Source: Nemertoderma westbladi
Taxonomy: Eukaryota; Animalia; Xenacoelomorpha
Reading direction: 5' to 3'
Length of the DNA stretch: 64,000 nucleotides
Assembly: GCA_032718475.1 (NCBI GenBank)
Contig: JAUCBJ010003571.1
Span: forward strand, 1 to 64,000
Each line of letters opens with the position of its first letter. Within the stretch, counting starts at the first letter, position 1. This document shows, one piece after another, positions 43,301 to 55,300 of the stretch. Both the position numbers and the translations under genes were made by a program. A model generated the notes under the pieces. The model had not been told where the DNA came from. It worked only from the letters and a program-made list of their open reading frames with translations, and ran no database searches.

Positions 43301-46300
43301 GTTACTATTTATAAAGGTGCCTATGTACTTACTTTAATAATGAATATATTACCTTTGTTACTATTTATAAAGGTGCCTACTGTACTTACTTTAATAATGA
43401 ATATATTACCTTTGTTACTATTTATAAAGGTGCCTACTGTACTTACTTTAATAATGAATATATTACCTTTGTTACTATTTATAAAGGTGCCTACTGTACT
43501 TACTTTAATAATGAATATATTACCTTTGTTACTATTTATAAAGGTGCCTACTGTACTTACTTTAATAATGAATATATTACCTTTGTTACTATTTATAAAG
43601 GTGCCTACTGTACTTACTTTAATAATGAATATATTACCTTTGTTACTATTTATAAAGGTGCCTACTGTACTTACTTTAATAATGAATATATTACCTTTGT
43701 TACTATTTATAAAGGTGCCTACTGTACTTACTTTAATAATGAATATATTACCTTTGTTACTATTTATAAAGGTGCCTACTGTACTTACTTTAATAATGAA
43801 TATATTACCTTTGTTACTATTTATAAAGGTGCCTACTGTACTTACTTTAATAATGAATATATTACCTTTGTTACTATTTATAAAGGTGCCTACTGTACTT
43901 ACTTTAATAATGAATATATTACCTTTGTTACTATTTATAAAGGTGCCTACTGTACTTACTTTAATAATGAATATATTACCTTTGTTACTATTTATAAAGG
44001 TGCCTACTGTACTTACTTTAATAATGAATATATTACCTTTGTTACTATTTATAAAGGTGCCTACTGTACTTACTTTAATAATGAATATATTACCTTTGTT
44101 ACTATTTATAAAGGTGCCTACTGTACTTACTTTAATAATGAATATATTACCTTTGTTACTATTTATAAAGGTGCCTATGTACTTACTTTAATAATGAATA
44201 TATTACCTTTGTTACTATTTATAAAGGTGCCTACTGTACTTACTTTAATAATGAATATATTACCTTTGTTACTATTTATAAAGGTGCCTACTGTACTTAC
44301 TTTAATAATGAATATATTACCTTTGTTACTATTTATAAAGGTGCCTACTGTACTTACTTTAATAATGAATATATTACCTTTGTTACTATTTATAAAGGTG
44401 CCTACTGTACTTACTTTAATAATGAATATATTACCTTTGTTACTATTTATAAAGGTGCCTACTGTACTTACTTTAATAATGAATATATTACCTTTGTTAC
44501 TATTTATAAAGGTGCCTACTGTACTTACTTTAATAATGAATATATTACCTTTGTTACTATTTATAAAGGTGCCTACTGTACTTACTTTAATAATGAATAT
44601 ATTACCTTTGTTACTATTTATAAAGGTGCCTACTGTACTTACTTTAATAATGAATATATTACCTTTGTTACTATTTATAAAGGTGCCTATTGTACTTACT
44701 TTAATAATGAATATATTACCTTTGTTACTATTTATAAAGGTGCCTACTGTACTTACTTTAATAATGAATATATTACCTTTGTTACTATTTATAAAGGTGC
44801 CTACTGTACTTACTTTAATAATGAATATATTACCTTTGTTACTATTTATAAAGGTGCCTACTGTACTTACTTTAATAATGAATATATTACCTTTGTTACT
44901 ATTTATAAAGGTGCCTACTGTACTTACTTTAATAATGAATATATTACCTTTGTTACTATTTATAAAGGTGCCTACTGTACTTACTTTAATAATGAATATA
45001 TTACCTTTGCCTCTTGATTGTTTACAGCATTGGCATCTTTGTACCATTCGTATTTGAGTACGGGGTTGTTGTCAGCAGCGCGATCATTTATAACGCTCTC
45101 TACAATGTCACAATGGAGTGGAGGATATGAATCCGCATTTTCAATTAGGAAATTATCGGTATTCGCCACGGTTAGCTTGTTCTCGTCAGTTGATGCTGTA
45201 ATTCCACAATGGTAATCAATTATATGCTAAACACGAGTGTGTTTGTGAATTGTTGCTAAATAATTAATGAATTTGCGATATGAGGCTTCAAAAAATGGGT
45301 CAGTACAATGCCCCCCCCCCCCTAAATTCACCTCGGATAAACAAGGATATATTTTGGTACTTACTTAGAAGAATGGCCTACATTCGGCCAAAAATAATTC
45401 CGCTGCCTATTACGTGGCAGCTGATTAGGTATTACCCAGATTCCTACGTGCATGTTCTGCTCAACTTTTTAAAAGTCAACCTGAAAATATTTGGTCTCTT
45501 ATGAGAATAATTCTACTGGGGAAAAGTGTTTTTAGCAGATAAGAATTCGCCCATGTGAAGAATACCAGGATTTCACTTTTCGGTCGACTTTTTATTGGAA
45601 TTTAATATATGAATATTTTTTATTTTTTTTTAATTTATCTTTATTAAGTGTTTTATAGCGCTTATTTCTGTCTTATAACCTGTACATATACTAATTTGTT
45701 TTTTGTTTTGGTTAGATTCAGCACTTCTGTAACCTGTGTTTTTGGTGAAAACCTGGTATTATTCACATGGGTGTAACTGCAAAGTTAAATATAACGGCAG
45801 AAAGTCTGGTATTATTCACATGGGCTTAAGAATTAGTGGTTTAGTGTTTGTTAGTACAACACATAGAAAAACCTCTAATAATAAATATACTTAATAAATC
45901 TAAGTCCGAACAAAACTTTAATATAATTGGTTTTACATACTACATGTACCTTAATTTAATTTAACTTAACTTACTACCAAGGGGGGGGGGGGGGGGGGGG
46001 CATTTTTCACCAAAAAGTCGAATTTTTGAAACATATCCTGTCGGTAAAGGATATCGGTAAAGGAGATGAAGTTTGGGGTTTGCATTCAATTTCTGCAAAT
46101 TTATGTGCTCAGTGGTGCCAATTGGATGTCTCCACGAGAAAGAGCACAAAATTTTAATTGAGAAGGTATTTTTTTTATGGTTATTGGACCTACTTGTCAG
46201 TTTATAAGACAACTTCAATTCTCCAGAATAAAGACGGGACTCGAATAAGCGTCTCTGCGGTCTTTGCCGGAGCAACATAACATGAAATTGGGTAAAATAT

Positions 46301-49300
46301 GCCTTGCAAATTTTGTTCAAGTTATGAATGCTCAGGCAGCTTTCAAGAGTTTGCTAAACCAAATTGTAACTTTGGTCTCTTAGAAAAGAGCTTTCGAAGG
46401 AGCCCAAAACGAACTACGTACGACCACTAGAACTGGAGATTATACATTTTGAAGATCTCCGATGACCGATAAGTCTATTCCATGTAATCACGCAAAGACC
46501 GCAGAGTCCCGTCTTCATTCCGGAGACTTGAAGTTGTCTTATAAACTGACCAGTAGGTCTAATAATCATAAAAAAATACCTTCTCAATTAAAATGTTGTG
46601 CTCTTTCTCGTGGAGACATCCAATTGGCACCACTGAGCCCATAAATTTGCAGAAATTGAATGCAAACCCCAAACTTCATCTCCTTTACCGATATCGCGAT
46701 ATATCGGCGCCAGTATCTTCTACCCCAAATACCCCGAAAACTAAGCAAGATATGGGAAAACGGTTTCCATATTTGGATTCAGCATGAAATTCTGCATCTG
46801 ATAGGATATGTTTCAAAAATTCCACTTTTGGTCAGAAAATGCGCTACCCCCCCCCCCCCCCCCCCCACCCCCCTTAATTTAATTGGATACTACCTTATCA
46901 AAGGGAAGATTATATTTAAAATGGCATATTTTGACTAACCTTTAAACATAAACAGAGGTTCTGATTGGCTGAATACTTCCGCCACTCGACAGGTGTATTG
47001 AGCAGATGTACCGAAATCTGCATGCGGTATAATCTGGAACATTTTATTGTTTATCGATCCAGGGAGAACATTGTCTGATCCAACACTCCCTGTCTCATGT
47101 TTATACCATCCGTATACCGTGACCCCTGTTTGCAAGTCCGGCAAGTTGCTTTGTTGAGGCTCGACATTGCACTGCATTATTACCGCAGTTGTACCGCCAA
47201 CACGTATAAGTTGACCAGGAGAAAACCGAATTTCTGCAAATTTTATTGGCATGAGAATTATAAACGCAACAATACGAGTACATTGTAAACACTGTACAGT
47301 AAATTGAAATATTTAGTGCAAAATTGAGGGCACGCGCATGAGAGGGGAATGGTGTACATGTATGGTGCAAAATTATCAATTGGTATATTGATGTCCACAT
47401 ATGCGTTACATGTTCAAACAAAAACAGGTAGGGGAAAGAAATACAACAATTTAGTTATGGTAAAAAACAACATAACCCAAATTGTGCATAAACTTGCACG
47501 ATATGTAAATATTAAATAATTATTATGGATTTCATTAATATGGATTCGATTGAATGTAACGTGTCTCTAATTAGAGATGATATATATACAAGCGGAGATT
47601 TAGTATTTTACAATTTCTATGGATTTTCTTTCATATGGTTTTCATTAGAATATAGACTGATCCCTCATTAAATCGTCTCATTAACTCATCATATTTGTAC
47701 AATACTCACCGATAAGTTGCAGAGTAAATGATTCGCTCATAACATTCTGCCGGATAGTAACTCCTGGGGTTTCGGCCAGCGCCAGAGCGTTTACACTACA
47801 CGAATAATATGCGGCTGCACTAATTTCGGAGACATCCACAGAATAAGTGGCTGAAACAGCTGAACCAATTTCAGTGCTGTCTTTAAACCTGAAAAGAAAG
47901 AAATTTGATATATATACTTCAACTTTAATTTGAATTGAGCTCTGGAAACTTTTGTCCAGTACGAAATTTGCTTGGTTTCCTTGACAATTAATTGTTCGTC
48001 TATTAATTACAAAAATATTCATTAATTTTTAATTATTAAAATATAAATTATAAACTATAAAATTTAATATTATATAAAATATAAATTATAATATATGTAA
48101 AATATAATATAGAAAATATGTTTCCATTAAAAACAATAATAATGATAGTAATAAATTTAAGAGAAAAATGAACTCATTCTTTATGTGAAAATCATTGTAG
48201 GTTCTTGTATTTTATATTAATGTTAGACAATTACAGGTTTATATACATGGATTATTTATTATTAGGGAATGAATAATGAAAACATATATTTACAAAGATT
48301 ATTTATAGGACGTTACGAGTTTCGAAAGGTGCGAATAGTAGCATCTGTATTGGAAATGATTACTGCTAATGATCTTCGGCATTTTTGTCATCATTGTTTT
48401 CATTTATATTACTTTACTTAACGCTAAAATAATGTTGTATCATACTACCAACAACATTTTTTCTCACCATTTATATGCAGTATTGGTCTTCAGACCAACT
48501 GAATCACCAGAACTGCTCATAATCATATCAGTGGCGCATGTGAGTACAACCGGAGTGTTAGATGGTTTCAGTAGTATACTCTGAGTAGTTGGGCTGTCGC
48601 CAATCGTATTTGTTACTTTAGGTTTGCTTATCGCTAAATAAATTATATTAAATATATAAATAATTGTTTTTTTCATCAACATTCCACTAAATATATAAAT
48701 ATATTTAAAAACTAGATGTACTAGATTAGTATAATTATTTGTAGAAACAAATAAAGTTATACAAAGCTCAAGTAGCTGTAGAAGAAGCTCAAGTAGCTGT
48801 AGAAGAAGCTCAAGTAGCTGTCCTCAATGTGAAGGCGAAGGGGGACCTTTGTATAAGTGAGGGGAAGGCATGGGCCGCAGTGAATGTTGAATTGGCTGTC
48901 CAGGATTTGGATTTCTGGCCTGATGTGGATGCGGATAATCTCTAGAAAGTCATGGGGGATGGGGACTTAGGCGGTGCAATTTTCTCGACAAGCCAGCATA
49001 GAATTCTTAGTGCACTTGGTGCAATTAGTGCAATGAGGGCGAACTGGGTGCCTTGGCGTGTACTATAGCAATGTCGAAACACGCAAACCTCTGATTGGCT
49101 AATATTGACAGTGCGATACATAGAGAAATAATAAACACATAAGACGTTTATTGCAATTATTAGTCAGGTATTACAACGATTTGTGGACCGCCTAAGCATA
49201 TCTCACCTCTGATCTGCAATACTGATGAGACCTTCTTATCAACCACTTGACTATCGAATTTTAGGATGGAGCATCTGTAAAAGCCCTTGCTGCCTGACGA

Positions 49301-52300
49301 TACAATCGGAATTATAACTTTACTATTGGTTACAGATATCGCGCCGTTGGCACTGGTAGAAAGTATAGAGTAGGAGGAAGCTAAATCCTGAAAAGAAAGT
49401 TATTTATTTATATTTATTTGTGGTGTGTTATCTGCCTTATTGTAGGGCTCGCCCCATACGACTGGATCAGCACGCAAATTACCATATTCACGTTAAAATT
49501 TGAACTATTGAAATAAATTTGAAGTAAATTTAATCAATAATTATTATTGTAAAGAATAGTTTTTTTTAACTTTCAATAAACACAACAACATTTTCAACAA
49601 AGACACCGTATCTCAATTTATATCACTCAAAAAAAATGCACGATAATTATTTCTACAATGTGATAAATACCGCCAATTGCACCAACAACCTACTTTAGCA
49701 AGTCGTTAGACTTGAATACTGTAAGAAAACAAAGCTACTGACTACTGGCTACTGGCTACCGACCTAGAGCCAAAACGACTCTAACGAATTGGATGAAATT
49801 TTGCATGAACCATGGAAATAGATTTCTATGTGTACTTGTGAAATCGCGGTTTAAATTGAAATATCTCAACTTGTTCTATTTCGAGAAATAGCGCCAAAAC
49901 ACGAAAATTGACATAGGCAATGATAAAAACACCAGCTAGCACTCATGAAAAATGTATAGAGATGGTCTGGTAATGCATTCAATAGGAAGGGACAACTAAC
50001 AAAGAAGTAATTTCTGTGCCAAGTATTATCACTCTACTCTTATATATATTCTCTCTTCCGATTCTCATGATGGTGATGTGCCGATTCTAATGTCATAGCG
50101 TCGTTTGTTGCTGCCAGTGGGTTGAATACGGATACGTCGAAAGACTGCTGGAATCGGTTACCCCAGAAGCTGCTCGCTGACACATCCAGTCTCGCCTGCT
50201 GGTCCGTGGAAGTTGTATGATGCGAGAAGGTTTCGCTGGATATTGTCTGTAGCAGTGGTTCGACAGCAACGTTGTAGACGATCTCAGTCAGCGAGCTGGC
50301 AACAAAATCGCGAATCTCGTTGTGCCTGATGGAGGGAAATCCCCCAGTGGTACACGAAAGGACGTGGGAAGCAGTAAATCGCGACCCACAGGCACAACGA
50401 GATGGGAGATTCTTTGGAATCCAACTGTAATGGAGTCACAACGTATCCTGGAACTCTTCTTTACTAAGGTGAGTCTCGTGTAATGTCATTGCCTTGCAAT
50501 TTAACCATGCGGATGCACCTACCTATGTTGTTAGTTCACACAGTTTACGTTGTTCTGTAGATAATTGCAATTGTACCTCTTATTTTTAGTGGCGGCCGCA
50601 ATTACCGATTCCGACTTAATGAGGTTTACGATGTGGAACTGCTCTACCCTCACAGCTGCCATTGATGCAGAGGTTGACAAAGGTTCGCATACCCGATGTG
50701 AATGGACATACTCCAGTTCCAAGTCAGCAGCAACAGGGATACCCAGCCCGCCGTTCCGAACCAGGAGAGCGAACAGTTGACACACAGAGGGGGATAGCGA
50801 TGGATGGTCGTGGAGCCGGCGAAGGAACCGTTGTACTGATTCTTTCATTTTCCCGAAATTAACGGTTGCGTCTGGGATTACTCGCGTAAGGAATCGCCAT
50901 CGGCAGGATAACCCGAACGCTAAACCTGCGTATGTACAGTGTGGATCCACTGTGGTGATCTCTTAGAGAAGATCAACCTCCTCGGCTAACTCTTCTACCT
51001 TCTCCTCAATGTACCTGACATGGAATTCATTGGTCCCAATAACGCCACCCAGTAATTAGTTCCCCGTAGAATTGATGGAGACTGTCGTATTTTTCGACGT
51101 CCAATTCCTCAGCTTCGGCTACTTTATCCGGTTTGTCAGTTAGACAACACTTGGATGGGTAGTAGCCATACAGAGTGGTCCTCTGGTCCACGCGATTTCC
51201 CAGAACTTTCTCAGTTCAACTAACCAACCCCCCGCGTTCCCATCGCCTGTAAACCATTTCTGGTCCACGTCCGATCCGCGATCCAGCTCATCTAATAGTG
51301 GCATTATTCCGCAACCGAACATTGGCATGGCAACTGGGTCCCCTTGGGTAGAACCCTCTTCGGAATATAGGGTTTCCCCGCCGACGAATAATTGGGCAGG
51401 TTCGCTATAGCAGTTAGTCACAATTGTGTGGAGTGGAGTTTGCCAATATTATGCAACGCCCCCTTGCGTTTTAGAACATTAAATGCATTGGTGGCATCGA
51501 TCTGTAATATGGCGTCACAGTCTTCCGAGGCAAAGGAATTATTTAAACTGTGAATCACATACTCGATTCCCGCCTTCTGTCCAAGACACATCTGAACTGA
51601 TCCCACCACCGCCTGTAGATCCGGACTAATGCAGAGGACTACGGCCTTTCCAACAATGCACCGGAGAACCTCGCCAATTCCAATGGGACGGATCCCAGGG
51701 TTCTTGTCTAGCACTAGCAACCGAGATGAAAACAGTGCAGACAATGACCCGGATGGAACTATAACCTGGGCAACCCGTTTCGCTAGATCGGCAATTCTGT
51801 CACTGAGTTCCTTCGACTGGTTTCTAAACTTTGTTAGAAGGTGCTTCCACCCCTGAACATCCAGTCCAGATGGCTACCCTTCATCCTGTGTAGACATGAC
51901 TGGATGCACTGCCCATCCAGACTTTCAAAAACAACCTCGTGGAACTCTGTAAGCAGTATCGATGCATCTGCAGGATTAGCCATTGGGTGCTTTTCATGTA
52001 GAACATCATGCACTACCCTGGTTCCCCGTTTCATCCAGCCCGAGTGGTTTCCCTCTCGATAAATCCCTCAGACATAATTTAATCAATAATTATTATTGTA
52101 AAGAATGGTTTTTTTTAACTTTCAATAAACACAACAACATTTTCAACAAAGACACCGTATCTCAATTTATATCACTCAAAAAAATTGTCTAGAATTTGAA
52201 ATTGTCTAGAAAATTTATCATAGACCACCGGGACTACGCTCACACTAATTTATTATCAGACAGAACAAAAAGCTTTTACTTGACTCGTACTGTCTCCTAC

Positions 52301-55300
52301 GACTTGCTTCACGGGCCGCTAGGCCCGTCTCTAGTTTTAAACAAAACAACAAACTAATTTCAAAAGAACATGTTACAATATAATATTTGGTAGTAATCAG
52401 CTGTGATTTGAGTTGATTCGCTATTGAAGGATGAATTTTGAATGCGCCGTAAGCCACCCCCACCCTCCACCCCACTACCCTGGATTCGACTCATATTATG
52501 AATTCGAAAATATTACATATTAAATACTGAAAATGAATCTTTTGTTTAATAATTGGACTTGGGACTCCATATTGAAGGAGGGAGTACATATTGAACTACA
52601 ATAAATTAATATTAGTTAGTTGGGATATATAGTGAAACATTTCTTTGAACTTACCACCGTGTTATGTTCGAATATAACAGGTGCATCTATTGCAGCACCA
52701 CTAATTTTACATTCCAAAGTCAATGATTCACCGACTACAATAACACCGCCGGTGCTGACAGGGGATAACACACTCAACGTGGGTACTGCATCATAGCTTT
52801 CTGTTTAAAAAAAATATACAATCGTAGAAAAACTTTTGTAATCAAATAAAGTGCCATAATACCAGGACAATAAATAGCCTGCCTCTCGGACAATACCCAA
52901 TAAAGAGCCTACCTCAAGGGCAATACCCAATAAATAGCCTACCTCACGGACAATACCCAATAAAGAGCCTACCTCAAGGGCAATACCCAATAAATAGCCT
53001 ACCTCACGGACAATACCCAATAAATAGCCTACCCCACGGACAATACCCAATAAATAGTCTACCTCACAGGCAATACCCAATAAATAGCCTTTAGTGTTTT
53101 ATCATAACATAACATAATGTATTTCATAACTTGGAAAGGTTATCATTATAATGAGGACTTACAAAGAAACAAAAGAGGAATTAGATAGTTCTCTTAGATG
53201 CCGATAAGGAACAAATTATTTAAATGTTAATAAAAATAAAAATGCCTTTAGGTACTAAATTATATAGGCCTTACTCACTGTAGCAATGGCGATTTTTTGC
53301 TGTGTATCCTACGTCACAGTCGAATACTGGTGTGGCTGGCGCGGTAACTGCTGCAGCTGTGCACATCGGTAATTTTTGATCGCATTCAAATTCACAAACA
53401 CCTCCTTGCACTGTTATATAACCTGTGTTACAACACTTTCCTGCACCACCAGAACAGCCTGATGTTTTACAGTTGTCGGTGTTACCTGCTCCACAGGCTG
53501 AAATGATATCTGTAAAAATCACAATAAAGTGATTGTGGTGATGCAATTGTGGTTACAAAAATTAATGTTACAATTAATACAGAAAGATTATTAAACTATA
53601 TAAACATGATAATTAAATAAACTAATTACTAATTGAGAAAATAAGTTAATTAAGGTAAATGTTCGGGGTCTTACCTGGCAGAAACAATAAATACTGATGT
53701 TAGTGAACGTTTTCGACCTTACCGGGCTACTTCAGACTTTATTATGATAAAAGTTAAATTATTGTAATAATAATATTACGAGGGTTCTATGTGATTAGGT
53801 CCTAATAACATGTTATTAAGGAGAGATACGCATAAAACACAGGTTAGTAAAATACACATAGTTTATTTAAAGCTACCATTAGATATGAGTAAAATGTATT
53901 TTATTAATTCGGGGTTGTTATGACAAAAAGCGATAACGAAATCGTACTCCGGTTCATGTATACGTGTTTAGGGCAGGTACAGTAAGATGTACAGTACACG
54001 AAGTGTTAAATAGGGGTTAAGAAATGAAATAATAATCGTTATATCGTGTACAAATACAAACAACCCAATCCCCAGGATGGTAAGACACAGAGTAAAAGGT
54101 ATTAATAATATTGGGGTTAATGCGTTATGACAAAAGGCAAAAACGAAATCGTAAAATAACCCAGTCCCAGGATGGTAAGACAACGCGTAAAAGGTATTAA
54201 TAATATTGGAGTTAATATGTTATGGAATAGGGGCAATAACGAAGTCGTACTCCTGTGTGGGGTTAGACCTTAATTGACTTATTTTCGCAATTGGTAATTA
54301 GTTTATTTAATTACGATGCAACCCCTGGAATTGGCCTACCGTTGTATATCACAATATAAACATGATAACGTCTCTAACTAAACTCAATTTTGACTTACCA
54401 ATGCACTGGGTCCCCTCTGCATTGTAAGTTTGTGCTGCATCAGAGCAGACTGTCTTACAACTCCTCTCTCCTTGGCTACTTCGAACTGAAACAGATCCAG
54501 CAGCACACCTGAAATCAAAAGTAGATATCGAATAAACACTATTGATTACAATAAATTAATTCAATAAAAATAATTTTCCACCGTAATAATTTAATTCTAA
54601 TAAGAGTAGGTTGACTATAAGGTCATAAAAATTTTCACAAAATACAATTATATAACTGACTGGATGGAGGCAATTTGTTAACTTTTCAAATATACCGCAA
54701 ATTTTATAAATTTTGATAATTCGAATAATATTAGATAGAAGAATGTGAACTAGATCTGTCTGCACCTCAGTTTATCCCTAGTTCGCTCAGCCCTTGTGTG
54801 GGTCTGCGTGGTCGCCTTCATCTTGCCATCAAGCTATTCAACCTTCTCGTTCTGAGATGGACCACCATCACATTCGAAAACATCGATGCAAATTTTTTAG
54901 TTTTGACAAAACCCAACAGTTTTGACAAAACCCAACAGTTTTGACAAAACCCAACAGTTTTGACAAAACCCAACAGTTTTGATAAAACCCAACAGTTTTG
55001 ACAAAACCCAACAGTTTTGACAAAACCCAACAGTTTTGAAAAACCCAACAGTTTTGATAAAACCCAACAGTTTTGAAAAACCCAACAGTTTTGATAAAAC
55101 CCAACAGTTTTGAAAAACCCAACAGTTTTGACCAAACCCAACAGTTTTGATAAAACCCAACAGTTTTGACAAAACCCAACAGTTTTGAAAAAACCCAACA
55201 GTTTTGACAAAACCCAGCAGTTTTGACAATACCCAACAGTTTTGAAAAAAACCCAACAGTTTTGACAAAACCCAACAGTTTTGAAAAACCCAACAGTTTT

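Noticed and set aside
41393-45057. Long ORFs such as (MNILPLLLFIKVPTVLTLI)n
   Set aside because: Translation of a 57-bp intronic satellite with frame-shifting indels; no coding evidence.
45196-45255. Alternative acceptors for exon 10 at 45226 and 45255
   Set aside because: 45226 is phase 0 and incompatible with exon 9; 45255 includes an in-frame TAG.
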